The notes: generated from the sequence alone by a model not told the origin. 64,000 bases of DNA from an uncultured virus (IMG/VR IMGVR_UViG_3300011008_000093) (IMGVR_UViG_3300011008_000093), one strand, 5' to 3'; counted from the stretch's first letter, positions 45,136 to 58,252 are shown. Translations and numbers: made by a program.

Positions 45136-48100
45136 CTAAATCCCCCTTTCCTGATATTCCTGCATCAATCCAAGCTGAGAATCCATTCTGCTGGCCGTCT
45201 GTCCAACCAACACACCGCTGTCCAGAACAATAGACTGATGGGTAACGGCATCTGTCATGTCTGTCATATTCTCATTCAGCGCATCCAGCCTGGCAACGAT
45301 CTCATCAATGTTGATAGATGCTGCCACACTCTGCCGTTCTGTGTTATTCGCATTGACACCTGCGTTTGCTTGGGCAGCCATCATAACCGAAGCCAGATCT
45401 CCTAATTGTTTGACCGATGTATCCGCCCATTGAGTCGGGTTCTGTTTCTCCTTTTCAGAATAATCCACCACCGGAGTAACGGCCGGCATTGCTTCTATAC
45501 CGGCGTTCAGATAATCCGAAACGCTCTGTACCGCTCCGGATAATGTGTTACCAAACAACATAGCCGATCCATCCAGACCGAGGGCCTGACTCATAGCTGC
45601 CATACCGTCAAGAGCCATCTGCAGCATGGCATTGCGGAACGCAGGCGTCCGCTCTTCCACACCGCTGGTCAGCTCATCCACAATATCTTGCCCAAGTTCG
45701 CCCCATCCGGCTTCTTCCATGATCTGCTGGACCACGTCCACCATCTCCTGAGTTTCTTCCTCGGTGTCATTCTTGATCAAACCGACTTTTTCCTCAAAAT
45801 CTTTCCGAAGCTGGGCCAGTTCGGCATTGGCATCCGTGTCGATCTGGCCCATTCGATCCTGCCAGACAACACAATAGTCCGACAGTTCCCGATCCGCATC
45901 CACACGAAGCTGCGCAATATTCTCCTGGGTCTCAACCCGAAGATCTTCCAACTCGCTGATAGCCTGCTGCCTGGCCTGCGCGTGCTTTACCGCCCACAAA
46001 CCTACATACCGGTTCAACTCGGAATCCGTCAGTTTCTCCAGAGCTTTGATCTGAGCAATAGCAGAGGGGCCCATTTCTTCCAGTTCCGAAATGAGTTCCG
46101 CGTCAACTCCACGGGCGGACAGATGACTCAGAGCCGTCTGCCACTCGTTAAATTCTTCCACCTGACCCTGCAGATTGTTCAGGAGTTCCTGACCGCTGAC
46201 TTCTTCCTTCTCTTTTACTTCGTCGAACAGACCATAAGCGGAATAGAGGCTGTTTTCTCTGGATTTGAGAGAACTTTCATATTGATCGTTCAGCCGCTCA
46301 ATATCCGAAGCCAACTTGTCGTTAATCGAAGTCACCTTATCGGCATACTCCTGCTCCAGATCCAACCGCTTCTGCGCCGCTTCTTCTTCGACCCGCTGCA
46401 CATCAGCCGTATACTGCTTTTGTGCCTCATAGATTTCTTTTTCCAGACGATAGATTTCCCGATCCATCTTCTTGCGTTCTTCGCTGCCTTTTACCGTTTG
46501 TTTCTGGATCTTCTTATAGGCAGCAAGCTCATCCACAAGAGACAGTCGATCATAATACTTCTCTTCTTCAATCCAGTCCAGAGCACTCTGATAATAGTCG
46601 CTCATGAGCTGGTTCTGAAGCGTATAAATCTCCCGGTTGATCTTCTTCACATAGTCGCCATATTCCGCATACTCCTGTTTCAAAGTCTGATAGAATGCCA
46701 ACTGCTGCTCCGCGCTCATCCGGTTATAGAACATTTCTTCTTCCATCCAATCGATCTCGCTCTGGTAAGAGTCTTCGATTAGCTGATTTCTCAGCTCATA
46801 AAGCTTCTTATCGATTTCCATCCGTTCCTCGCTGCCTTCCATATAACGGGACTGCATCCGTTCATAAGCGGCGATTTCTTCTTCAGTGCTCAATCGATTA
46901 TAGGTTTTTTCCCTCTCGATCCAATCCAGGGAGAACTGATAACTGGCTTCCACAATCTCGTTCCGAAGGCGATATACTTCCCGGTCTATTTCGATCCGCT
47001 CTTCGCTGCCTTCGGCATACTGCGCCTGCAGATACTCCCAGCCGGCAAGTTCTTCCTTCAGACTGATGTCGTTGTAGTATTGTTTCTCGTCTACCCAGTC
47101 TTTCCAGATCTCAATACCCTTATCGGCTACTTCGTGTATATGTTCGATACTGGTTATCATACTGTTCTCGACAAGTGTTACTTCATTTTGAAGTCCCAAA
47201 GCAAACCCATCCGGAAGATGCTCGATCAGATACTGATAAGTTTGACTGATCCGGGAAATCGTTGCGTCGTAGTAAGTTTCTTTGACCTCGCTCAGGTTGC
47301 TGTAACTCCCGGCAAGATTATTGACTGCAGAGGCTTCACCGCTCAGGGCGTTGGAATAACCAGCTGCATTATTCTGAGCATTACGTAGTTTTTCTTCTTC
47401 AACTTTCTGCTGCGCTCGCAGTTGTTCGGTAGTAAGTCCATTCAACCAACTATAATCAACATTGCTTGTGTCGGCTCCAGCAGCTTCTAGAAGCTGAGTC
47501 ATATCTCCTGTTATCGAACCATACCATTCAGTGAACTGACCTTCAACTGCTTGAGCCACATCTGTTAGTTCTCTTGGTAGTTTTTCACGAATGCTATCGC
47601 CTAACGAAGATACTAATCCTCCTCCAAAATCAGCAATTTCCGTTGCAACATTCGTAAACAGTCCTTTGGTCTCTCTTCGCATGGTGTTTCCTGCCTTAGA
47701 AAGAGCTTCGGAAACCATATTTACGCTGGCTTCCACAGGACGTTTGGTGCTCTGGCGAATACCTTGGGCCAGGCCCTCGCCGGAGTCTATGCCAAGCTGA
47801 ATATATTTCTTGGCAGGAGAATTGGAGTCCACAGCTTCTTTTGAAGCCTTCAAAGCCAGACTGCTCAAGGCCGAACCTGCAGAAGCAACGGAACCCTGTT
47901 GACTTTGAATACCCAGGATCAGACCCTGAGCCATATTGACACCTTCTGTCCGGAATTTTCCGGCATAGCTGTGGACCTTGCTGATGATCGAACTCATCAA
48001 ATTCTGAACGGCGGTTTGCGCCGGACGGGTATTGCTCCGAATTCCCTCTCCAATGCGTCCCATCATGGTCTTTACAGCGGTCTGGACATTCTTTGTTCCG

Positions 48101-51100
48101 GTAGTGATGGTATTGGCAATGGCGGTCATAACCTCCAGCATCTTATCCGTAACCAGATTCTGATTGTTCAAGACCGCATCTCCGGCATCAGAAAGCATGT
48201 GAATCACTGCGTCGTTGATTTCGCTATCATGCTCTCCAAATGCGTCAACAAATTCCTTGATCCCGCTTTCCGCTATTGTGGACAAAGATTCTCCCAAATC
48301 AGTTAAAGTACCGTCTTCAATACCCTCCGCTGCATTCGTGAGGTCAATCAGAGATGCAATCTCATCAGTCACTTCGGCCAATTTGCTGAATTCAATATTT
48401 TGTATACTGCTGTAGTATCTCTGGAGATAATCACCAAAGGCTGACAACTCCGCACCGAAATCCGAAAATGGAGAATTGAACAGTCCGACGTCTGGAATGG
48501 TGTCAGTCATATCGGCGAATACTTCTACCATACGTTGTACAACATACACGTTCCCTAAATTGGTTTTGCCTTGTATCGTATCATAAAAATCCGCCAAATA
48601 ATAACCAAGGTAACAGATCTGTTCACCAAAGTCTTTGATCTTATCGCCTTTGTTTCCATCAAACCATTCAAGCCCGCCCATATTAGGAATTGTATCGGTC
48701 ATAGCAGCCATAATTTTTCCGGCGTTTGCTGCGGCTTCTACAGCTTCAGTATCAATGTTTCCGGCTACAATCCTTGAGAAGGAGGCCATATAAGAACCGA
48801 AGTAAAGAACCTGCTCTCCAAAGTCATCCATGTCGTTATCGCCGGTAAACCAACTGACCATACCGCCGCTGTTCGGAACCTTTTTCGCCAATGTGACCAT
48901 GATTTCTCCGGCGTTTCCGGCTGCTTTCACAGCGTCTGTGTCAATGTTTCCGGCTACAATCCTTGAGAAGGAGGCCATATAAGAACCGAAGTAAAGAATC
49001 TGCTCTCCAAAGTCGTCCATGTCGTTATCGCCGGTAAACCAACTGACCATACCGCCGCTGTTCGGAACTTCTTTTGCCAATGCGACCATAATTTCTCCGG
49101 CGTTTCCGGCTGCTTTCACAGCGTCTGTGTCAATCCGTCCTNNNNNNNNNNNNNNNNNNNNNNNNCGGCTGCTTTCACAGCGTCTGTGTCAATCCGTCCT
49201 TTGACGGTATCCGAGAAAGAGACAAGATAGCCGCCGAATTTATTTAGTTTCTCTCCAAATTGATCAATGGAATCTCCTCCTGTAATCCAGGAGGTCAAGG
49301 AATCAACAATATCAGCACCTGTAATAGCCAGTATGATCTCCACCAGACGACCAACGCCTTCCACAACGTCGGCATCTAACCCTCTGGCTCCCTTAAAGAA
49401 ACCTTGAGATTTTTCCATAAAATCGGACAAATGCTGCCCAATATTCGAAAAAGCATCGCCGATCCCGCCAAGGACCCCTTCGATGATGCCGCCAATACAA
49501 CCGCCAAGACCTTCGCCGATCTTTTCCAAGACCATAATAGCCCGGTCCAGATCTTCTTCCACGGTTGGGTTATCTTTTGTTATTTCCGAAATAAGTGCCA
49601 TAAGAACACCTGTACCGATAACCAAAGCCGCCAAAATCGGAAGACCCGCGGACGCGGCCGCGGCGAATGTCCCGGCAACACCCAGAATGACACACGCCGA
49701 AGACAAACCCAGCAGTAATATAGAAATCGCCGCAGACGTCTCGATCGAAGGTGCTACGTCGTATTTCTCCAACAACCCAATGATTCCGCCAAGGGCTCCG
49801 ACGACCAGAGCCATACCGGCCGTTGCGCCGATGGCAGCTCCGCTGACATGTCCCGCTTTACTCAGGATCACCATAGCCACGGATAAGGCGTTTGCTAAAA
49901 GCCCCAAAGAAGCCGCGTTTTCCAGAGAAGCGGTAACTTCAAAGTGGTCCATCAGGCCCAGAATAATCGCCAAACCGGTAACAACCCCGGTCAGAACCCC
50001 CATGGTTCCCATAGCACTGCGGCTCACGTCTCCGACCTTACTCATGATCGCCATCGCTACCGCCATGGACCCCAACAGGATCCCGATTCCCGCTGCGTTC
50101 TCCATGGGAGCCTTGATATCCAATTGTCCCATAATGGTCAGAACTCCGGCCAGTATAAGGACCACACCGGTCAAAACGCCCAATGTTGCAATCGATTTAC
50201 CAGCGTTTTGCATTCCTTTACTGGCATAATTCACAGCCGCAATCATAAGACTCATAGCACCCATCAGAATAGTAAGTGCTAGCACAGAATTCTGAAGTTT
50301 TCCAGGATCAAGAATAGTTAACACAGAAACCGCTGTAGCAAGAACGCCAATCGCAATCGTCAGAGACACGATGACACCCGTGGCATATTCACCTTCTCCG
50401 GCGAAAGCAGATATGCCAACAAGAACGCCAAATATCACAAGAAGCTCTTCAATAGAACGCAGCGCCCGGCTGAATGCCTCAGGACTGTATTCTGCCAAGG
50501 ATGTCAATGCGGTCAGTACAATCGTCAGGACTACAAGAGCTCCCGACATCTTCAGAAGCATCGTTCCTGCCTTGGAAGCATGTTCTCCTGCAAAATAAGA
50601 CAATGCTGTCACTGCCCCAAATACAAGCAGCAGTTCCTCGATGGTTCGCTTAGACTGTTCCAAGGCGTTTTGATCGAGGTTTTCCATCATTTTGAATACC
50701 AAAATAATGATTCCCAAAGCAACGGACATCTTCAACAATGCCGAGCCCGCTTCTCCGGCGTGTTCCCCTGCAAACCGACTGGCAATCATCATTAATGCAA
50801 ACATCCCAAAAATTCCGATAAACGTTTTCAGGGCTTCTTTCATTTGATTTGCGTCGATTGCCGCCATATCTTCAATCGCACTGACAACGATCTTCAAAGA
50901 AACCACGATCGCCAATAAACCGATTCCGGTATCACGGTCCAGATTTTTCGAAATCTTTCCAACAAGCGCCATGGTCCCGAGTATGCCTAATAGAGTCAGT
51001 ATAGTCTGCTGAATATTGTCCAACTGCATACTGTCTATATCGCGAATTGCCTTGACCATGAGTTTTAACGATATTCCGAATGCAAGTATACTAAGAGCAC

Positions 51101-54020
51101 TACTCGAAAATACTTCTTTTTCGCTCTGCATCAGCTTACCTACAATCAAAAGTTCTCCCATCAGCGCCGTGATTACCGCAAAACTCGAACCTATATTTTC
51201 AAGACCCTCCAACTGCTTCATAGCTGTCGCAATCATAAGAAGACTCGCGCCCAAAGCAAAAATATTTCCTGCCATGGAGACCATATCTTTATTTTTTGCA
51301 ATTTTAGAAATAATACTTTCTATTGCAGAAAAAGCGAGCAGTCCGCCAGCCAATATTCCAAGAATACCGATTGCACTTTTCAATTTTTCCTGATCTAACA
51401 ATGTCAGAATTGCAAGCGCTCCCACCAGGATCAGAACCGATTCCGCCACATTTTTTAGTGCCTCGGACTTCTTTTTCCAGGCAGACGCAGATATGTTTTT
51501 CGCCAGACTGTTCAACACGTTCTCAATGGCCTCCAATGGCGAACTGAACATTTCCAAAGAATCAGAAATCTTCTTGAGAAATGCCACCATGGCTCCACTG
51601 AGACCGATAGAAAAGATCTCGGCAAACCCGATCTTATCTGCCAACTGATTCCGGATCTCCATGGCCGTCCCAAACAGCTTGTTTTTCAGATTGATAAAGA
51701 ACTGGATCACCGACTCAAAAGCGTTTTCCGCCTTGGTCTTTGTTCCATCGGCAAATCCGACAATATCGTCCAGAGTCGCCTTTGCTTTTTCCCGGATACT
51801 CTCAAACCAATCCCGCAGTTTCGTGAATACACCGCCGGAATTGAGGAAATAATCAATAATATTCTTTCTGAAATCGTCCAAAGCGGTCTGCAGGTTGTCC
51901 AAAGAAAAACCGTCCAGCTCTTTGACCCGATCCACAAACCCTGTGATTTGGGCCCAACCGGCCTTGAGACGCTCTGAAATTCCGTCAAATTTACCGTCAA
52001 AATCAAAGAAATAATCCAGAACATTGTCCTTGAAATCCTGCAAAGCTGCCTGAATATTTTCGAAGGAAAAGTTGTCCATTTCCTTGAGCCGATCAAAGAA
52101 AGCCCAGATTCGTTCTGAACCTCCATTCTGGAATTTATCCCGGATCGTGTTAAACAGCTCCACAAGAGACGTTTTCATCTCATCAAAAGAAGGAAGACCA
52201 AGCTTACCGCCTACTGAAGCGGCAAAATCTTTGATCGCTGTCGCGGCACTCTTCAAAAGGCCCACAATCATCTGAAGTCCGCCGAAGAATACGTCATGTT
52301 CTTTGATCGATTCGTCCAGCTTTACAAGCCAATCTCCAAGAGAACTGCTGGCATCCAGAAGTCCATCACTCAAACCGAAAATTTCGCTCACAAAAGGCTG
52401 TATAGTCCGGAATATTGCCGAGAACAACTGCTTACCGATATCCAATACCGCAAAGAGCCCCTTAAAAGTCCGTTTCAGCCGGTCCGCCGTTTCCTCTGAT
52501 GGGATCAGACTCTGGGTAAAATCCCGAATCCGTTCTGTGATCTCATAAATTCGCTGACTGGTAATTGGAGGGAAGATTTCACTCCAGGCTTCTTTGAACA
52601 CGGCAATAAAACCGATTGCCTGTTCTGTTTCCTCATCCACCAGGAACAAGGCGTCCCGAAGATTAAAAACCGCCTGGGCCAGGTTTTCCCGACCGGAAGG
52701 CGGCGAAATCGTATCCACATAAGCCCGCATATCCGCGGTGCCGTCTTTGATCTGGCGGTCTACTTCTTTAAAAGCTTCATACTGCTCCCTGGTATACCCT
52801 TTTGCAGCAAGCTCTGCATCAGACAAACCGTCTAATTCGAATACCAAATCCGAGATGGACTTGGCAAACTTATCTGCACTGGATGACATGGCTTCGAACA
52901 GAACGTCGTTTCGCTCGCTTGCTCCGCTGGCAAAAATGTCATAAAAGTCTTCTGCCAACTGACTAAAGAAACCCTTTGCTTCTGTATAATTGCCAACGAT
53001 CAGTTCAAACGTTTTCATCCAGCCAGAAGAAACAGCATCCTTGGTAGCGTCTATCACTTCTGTGAACGTCTTTGCTTCCTGAGCCGCTTTTGCTGCCTGA
53101 ATTGCGATACCATCGTATTTTTCTTCAAGAATCTGATACGCTTCTGTGGCTGTCGTAGCCATGCCAGACTGAACCATCTGGTAGGCTTCTTCTGTTGCTT
53201 CCGCAAACTTTCCGAAAGCCGCTTCCATGACACTGGTATCAGCCCATTTATCTTTCAAAGTCTGAGAGAAGTTGGCGATGGTAACTTGGCCTTCTTCAAT
53301 TTTACCAAGTTCGACGCCAGTCTCAATAATCAGTTCTTTTAACTGCTTGGATGCAATACCAGCTAATTCCAAACTTCTCCAGTCCATATACTGCAGAGAA
53401 CCGGCACTATAAGACTGATTCAGGTTATAAATAGCTCTACTAAACTCTGCTGCACTTTTACCGGCAAAAGCCGTTGCATTTGCGATACCCATAATCATGG
53501 GGATCAAAGTTTCTGCATCACCGCCGGCACTCGTTAATTGCCCCAAAGCCGCAGCCATATCTGTAAAACCATAGCTGGTTTCATCCGAGAACCACATCAG
53601 TTTATCCAAATATCCGTTGACTTCATCAATAGATTTACCGGTAGCATTCATGATGGTCTGAACAGAACCGATCTTTTGCTCGTATTTGTTCCAACCGCCA
53701 ATCATATTATCTACCGTAAGAGATTTCAAAAGCTGGGTTCCCGTAGCTACTGCCTGATTACCAATACTCAAAAGGGCTCCAACAGCTACAGTTTCAAGCG
53801 CTGAAAATTTATTAGAAACACTGGATGCAGATCGCTCCAAAGAAGATAGATCACACTTCCTGGCTGACCGGCTCAGATCATCAAAGCTCTTGGATGCGTC
53901 CTTAAGTTTTAAACTTTGCTTCAACTTTTCCAGTGTAGATATACTCTGTGCGGCATTTGACTCGAATTGTTTGTTGTCGAATCGCATTTCCACAACTTTT
54001 TCATCGATTGTTCTGCTCAT
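45136..54020 (-). CDS. Tape measure protein (one gene interrupted by a scaffold gap)
   Basis: IDEKVVEMRFDNKQFE start, tape-measure domain, hydrophobic Ala/Gly repeats; 35-bp duplication on both sides of the N run restores the frame. Confidence 0.88.
49142..49165. other. Assembly gap (24 N) with 35-bp duplicated flanks
   Basis: 49107-49141 equals 49166-49200. Confidence 0.95.
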
Positions 54021-54394
54021 AGCCGTTTGACCCCCTCCCATGCCTGTTCTGCGATTTCATCAAAAATCGGCTGAATCGCGGGATTAATATAGTCTCTTCC
54101 CTCGACCCAGCCGCCGGTTCCGGTCCCATGGCCATACTGCAGAATAATAGCAATGGGGACCCCTTTATTAATATTGGAGTTATGGAATGAGATCCGAATC
54201 ACTCCATTTTGATTTTCTATTTTATAATACCAGGAATCGGCCGTAAGACCGGACTCGACCGGAGTTGCAGACGCAAGGGCGGCTACTCCCGCACGGCCAT
54301 ATCTGTCAAGCTCACCCAGCTTGATACCCTCTTTTGCTCTCTCCAGAAATTTAGTCAGCCTGGAGAAGTCGCCTTTTTGTCTGAACGTGATCAT
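54017..54394 (-). CDS. HK97 gp10-like tail completion protein
   Basis: TPVESG.TA.SW...LQYGHGT...G.DYINPA. Confidence 0.75.
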   Translation of the reverse strand: MITFRQKGDFSRLTKFLERAKEGIKLGELDRYGRAGVAALASATPVESGLTADSWYYKIENQNGVIRISFHNSNINKGVPIAIILQYGHGTGTGGWVEGRDYINPAIQPIFDEIAEQAWEGVKRL

Positions 54395-54407
54395 CTATCT
54401 ATTCCTT

Positions 54408-55820
54408 TCAGTCTTTTCTGGCTCCTCCAAGAGCCCGCATCAACGGATCAAGATTTTTCAAATCCGGAACATGCAGCATCCAATAATCCGGGGATTGAAT
54501 AATTCCGTCTTTGACCAGCTGCTCGATCCCTGCCTGATATGTTGCCATTCGCGTTCCAGGCCCTGTGATCTTCTGAGCCGCTTTGATAAACAGCAGATCC
54601 AGATACTTCACCTGTTTTACATACGCTTTCCAATAATCCGGAGAATTGATAACTCCCAACCTCGCCAATTTATTGATCGCGCCTTCTGCGTCCGTCACAG
54701 ACTCTGTGGCCGATGGTTCTTTCATGACCGCCGCCACGGCTTTCCGGAAGCCATCCATGCTGTAACCCATACCAAGCTGATCCCAAAGATGCTCCGGATC
54801 CGCATGACCGGAAGCCACACCTCTGGCAGCCCCTTCCTTATGACTGATCACAACGCCGTCAACCAAAGGATCCAGCCCATATGCTTTGCAGAGTGCTGCA
54901 AACAAACCGACTGCCGAATCATAGGTTCGCTTTGCCGCAGCCTTTGCCGAAGTCAGATCAGAGCACACAAACTTCGCTCCGCTGGTATAACGAATACTGG
55001 CCGGTTCACACATCTCAATTCCGATATGAGTCCCGTTAGCCGAACCCCCGCAATGCCAACCCCGATAATTCCATGGCAGCGTCTGATATACCGTCCCATC
55101 ATTGGCATCTATAAAACCATGAACACAGGCGCTGCTGTAACTCGGAGAATTCCAAGCCTTAACAAATACATTTGCGTCAGGCTGTGCACAGCCTACGGAA
55201 TGAAGCATCAGTCCTTTGACTGTGATCTTCTTTCCGCTGGTATAACAGGGGTTCTTCGTTAAGATCGCCTGAACCAGTTTGATCCCTGTGCCCTTTGTTT
55301 CCGAAATCGGCGAAGGTGCCCCGGAATATTTGTCATAATAAACCTGACCATATCCAGCCCGCCGACTTTTCATGGTTTCGCTTTGGTCTGCCGGCCGCTC
55401 AAACTGAGTCAACACCGCGTCCGACGCTTCCCGAACGGTAGTTGCCGTTTTTAATACAGAAAGCAGACGGGGATACCCGTTGAGCTCTTTCCTCAGGAAT
55501 TTCAGCTGCGTTGTCAGATCTCCAATCGACGTTTCCGCTTCTTTTGCGAAGTCCAGCAATCCCTGCTTTCTACTCCAATATGTCCACTGGGCAAGTCCGT
55601 AACCCGCGCCGTCATGAACAAAATTACTGTATAGTCCCTTGTCCACCCGGTTGGTATAATCCGCGTCGTTCATGCCCAGTATAGTTTCGTAGCTATTCTG
55701 AAGATTGTCCGGGCGCAGACCAGACTCGGCGTACAAATTGCCCATCAGCCCCGCAACGCCGTAATCATTTAACCCCTGCTCCTTCAAATATCTCCAGATC
55801 AATTCCTCATTGGTTGCCAT
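54408..55820 (-). CDS. Phage-tail-lysozyme + Amidase_2 peptidoglycan hydrolase (endolysin)
   Basis: AGLMGNLYAESGL, GYGLAQWT, FERPA; LMLHS, WHCG, IGIE, ISH, HADP; duplicated C-terminal G.I.SPDYW. Confidence 0.88.
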   Translation of the reverse strand: MATNEELIWRYLKEQGLNDYGVAGLMGNLYAESGLRPDNLQNSYETILGMNDADYTNRVDKGLYSNFVHDGAGYGLAQWTYWSRKQGLLDFAKEAETSIGDLTTQLKFLRKELNGYPRLLSVLKTATTVREASDAVLTQFERPADQSETMKSRRAGYGQVYYDKYSGAPSPISETKGTGIKLVQAILTKNPCYTSGKKITVKGLMLHSVGCAQPDANVFVKAWNSPSYSSACVHGFIDANDGTVYQTLPWNYRGWHCGGSANGTHIGIEMCEPASIRYTSGAKFVCSDLTSAKAAAKRTYDSAVGLFAALCKAYGLDPLVDGVVISHKEGAARGVASGHADPEHLWDQLGMGYSMDGFRKAVAAVMKEPSATESVTDAEGAINKLARLGVINSPDYWKAYVKQVKYLDLLFIKAAQKITGPGTRMATYQAGIEQLVKDGIIQSPDYWMLHVPDLKNLDPLMRALGGARKD

Positions 55821-55826
55821 GGTCCA

Positions 55827-56378
55827 TCACCCTTTCGTATTCAGTCGTTTCCGTCTCGCCGCGTTCAGAGCCCGGTTGTTTGCCAAAAGCTCCTGACGAC
55901 TCATCTTTTTCTGCGGCGCGTTTTTCACGTTGCACACATTAATCAAAGTAAGCAAACGATTCAGATGCCATTTCTGACACTCAAACGGTATTCCATAATA
56001 TATCATCCAATAATAAATCAGTTCTGATGTAATGATTTCCCGGCTGATGTTTTGTTTTCGATTGGAAAACGTCGTCGCCGTCATGGATTGGTTGATATAG
56101 TTGCTGATCTCTTCCAGCAATTCCGGTGCAAAACGCAGATTTCCGTATACATTCGGGTCCACATTTTGTGTTAATGTCATGCACCGTACATAATCTATGA
56201 TCTCTTCCGTTGTTTTCTCATCTTTGGTGAGATATGGCTTATGCCACTTGGCTTCCCATTTGGAAATGGAGACCAGAGAATGCTCGATAGTGATCGTTTG
56301 CTCCTTTGTGCCCGGTAAAAATATGTTGTTTACCGCATCATACTGTTCTCCACAGGCCGGTATTGTGATCTTCAACAT
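55827..56378 (-). CDS. Tail assembly-associated protein
   Basis: EHSLVSISKWE, TSELIYYWM, WHLNRL; follows the chaperone gene. Confidence 0.65.
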   Translation of the reverse strand: MLKITIPACGEQYDAVNNIFLPGTKEQTITIEHSLVSISKWEAKWHKPYLTKDEKTTEEIIDYVRCMTLTQNVDPNVYGNLRFAPELLEEISNYINQSMTATTFSNRKQNISREIITSELIYYWMIYYGIPFECQKWHLNRLLTLINVCNVKNAPQKKMSRQELLANNRALNAARRKRLNTKG

Positions 56379-56400
56379 CTCTGGTCTCCTGATTCAATTG

Positions 56401-56817
56401 TCAGTTGTTAACGCCGGAATCCAGAGCGGTCAGAGCAGGCTTCTCTGTTTCCTTCTTTACCGCCTTCGGAATAATTCCGTTGATAAAATCAGAAGCGGCC
56501 TGGGGATCCGTTGCCAGCTCCATGAACAGATCGCTGTAAGCTTCAGTCTGGGAAAAGGCGTCCCGCAGCTCCTGATTCTTGATAAAGCGCTTGCCATCCG
56601 GAGACTTTTCGCCATAGGCCCGCAGAATAATATCTTTAAAAAGTGCAATGATCTGTTTGCCATCCTGCGCGGCTACGATCCGGTTGATCATCTCTACCAG
56701 ACCGCCGTCCACGGAAACTTCCATCTCCGTGATCTCTGCCTGGGTCAGATTAAAATAAAAGTCCTCAGTACGGCTTCCGCCGTTATAATCGTTGTAAGTT
56801 CTGGTAAGTTTCAGCAT
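56401..56817 (-). CDS. Tail assembly chaperone
   Basis: Position after the major tail gene; FYFNLT.AE...AYGEKS.DGKRF.K. Confidence 0.7.
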   Translation of the reverse strand: MLKLTRTYNDYNGGSRTEDFYFNLTQAEITEMEVSVDGGLVEMINRIVAAQDGKQIIALFKDIILRAYGEKSPDGKRFIKNQELRDAFSQTEAYSDLFMELATDPQAASDFINGIIPKAVKKETEKPALTALDSGVNN

Positions 56818-56840
56818 AATATTTTTTCTCCTTTCAAATT

Positions 56841-56886
56841 AAAAAAAAAAAGAAACGGGGCTCTCTGAACGAAAGAGCCCCGTTTC
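56841..56886 (-). terminator. Intrinsic terminator after the major tail gene
   Basis: GAAACGGGGCTCT...AGAGCCCCGTTTC stem followed by a long T run. Confidence 0.85.
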
Positions 56887-56917
56887 AGGAAATATGATAG
56901 CTTGATTGACGATGTAA

Positions 56918-57601
56918 TCAGGCAGCTGTCAGGATACTGATAATCTCATCGGGCAGAGGCAGCTGGGCAACGGTGGCTTCCGTATTGTTGGTGGCATCCG
57001 CGTCGGTGCCGTACAGAAGCGCCTCAATCTGAGCCAGCTTAGCAGCAGCGACCTTATTGGAGTCAATGGTCAGGCAAGCTGTAGGCTTGAACCCGGTCAC
57101 GGGAACCGGAGTCGTGGTGACGGTCCAGCTGAAGCTGATGGCGTCGGGATTGTCGTTGATGGTCTGATAACCCCGGTCAGAAGGAGAAGCCAGACAGCCA
57201 TAGATCAGATGAAGCTTATAACCGTATTCCTGACCCTGCACATCGTTGCCAACCTTGGTCCGATAAGACAGGCCAAAAGTCTGCCGGGACTGCTGACCGA
57301 TCGTAGCGCCGGTTGCAATCTCGGCGGAACCGTCACACGCCATCCACTCGTCGGGATAGGTATATGCCTCGATAGTAGCGCCGAAGTCTTCCGCGGCGAT
57401 CAGGTTCAGATACTTGATGTTGTCCGCGTACAGGGGGTTGGCATCCGCCCCGGACGGGCTTTCGGTAATCGCGGTGATGCCATTCCAGGCAACGCCGGTA
57501 TCATACCTCTTGGTGGTGCCGTTGAGAGGATACAGCACAGCATGGTCTACACCGGTCTCAAAGAAGCGCTCGCCGTTCTCATCCCATTTGATTTTACTCA
57601 T
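56918..57601 (-). CDS. Major tail protein
   Basis: FETGVD..VLY, AWNG, YADNIKY, GYKLHLIY. Confidence 0.85.
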   Translation of the reverse strand: MSKIKWDENGERFFETGVDHAVLYPLNGTTKRYDTGVAWNGITAITESPSGADANPLYADNIKYLNLIAAEDFGATIEAYTYPDEWMACDGSAEIATGATIGQQSRQTFGLSYRTKVGNDVQGQEYGYKLHLIYGCLASPSDRGYQTINDNPDAISFSWTVTTTPVPVTGFKPTACLTIDSNKVAAAKLAQIEALLYGTDADATNNTEATVAQLPLPDEIISILTAA

Positions 57602-57620
57602 ATCGAAATCCTCCTAATAA

Positions 57621-57926
57621 TTAATAGTATAATGTAAAAACATCATGATGCAGATTGTCCGCTGTATAATGCCTGTCGTGAGAACACATAGGCAAAGCGG
57701 CAATCCGCTTGGGTAACTCACTGTCAGGATTCCTGTAAATCAGAATCAACTGATAGCGGTCATGCAGTTGGTAAGAAGTATTATCTGCATGTACGGTATC
57801 GATCTTTTTCCGTTCATAACGGATGCAGTCATATTTCATCTGAAAATTCGCAGGAGGCTGAAAATACACATTCTTCGAGCCAAGAATCTCCTCCAGTAGC
57901 CGCTGGAGTTCCAGTCTACGATTCAT
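57621..57926 (-). CDS. Tail terminator / completion protein
   Basis: NVYFQPP; position. Confidence 0.7.
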   Translation of the reverse strand: MNRRLELQRLLEEILGSKNVYFQPPANFQMKYDCIRYERKKIDTVHADNTSYQLHDRYQLILIYRNPDSELPKRIAALPMCSHDRHYTADNLHHDVFTLYY

Positions 57927-58233
57927 GATACAACCCTCCAACCGTCAGAATCAGCCGGGGATAGTTCACCTCGACCTTGGAAATTTTCCATTTTGAATTC
58001 ATAAAGGTCACATACCGCATCTTGTGAAAATTCTGTCTGGCAAAGGGATCGGCAAGAATGCTGATCTCGTTGGTAATGTTGATATCATCGTTCACCGAAT
58101 CGCCAGTCTGCATCTGGCGTGTATTCCGGGTCAAATCCCCATAATAAGGATGCTCGATGATTTGTTCCACCCAGACGCCAGGCGCCGTTTCCACCGTTTC
58201 CGCATAACCTACCGATCCATAAAACTTTGCCAT
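57916..58233 (-). CDS. Head-tail adaptor / closure protein
   Basis: ETAPGVW, NEISI.ADP, YPRLIL..GG; position after the capsid gene. Confidence 0.7.
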   Translation of the reverse strand: MAKFYGSVGYAETVETAPGVWVEQIIEHPYYGDLTRNTRQMQTGDSVNDDINITNEISILADPFARQNFHKMRYVTFMNSKWKISKVEVNYPRLILTVGGLYHES

Positions 58234-58252
58234 TCAATTAACTCCTTATCGA

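Noticed and set aside
49116..49200. Tape measure split into two genes or frameshifted
   Set aside because: The break coincides with the N gap, and merging the 35-bp duplicated flanks restores one frame
55827..56817. Programmed frameshift between tail chaperone genes
   Set aside because: The ORFs do not overlap, the second has its own RBS-like sequence, and no clear slippery heptamer was seen
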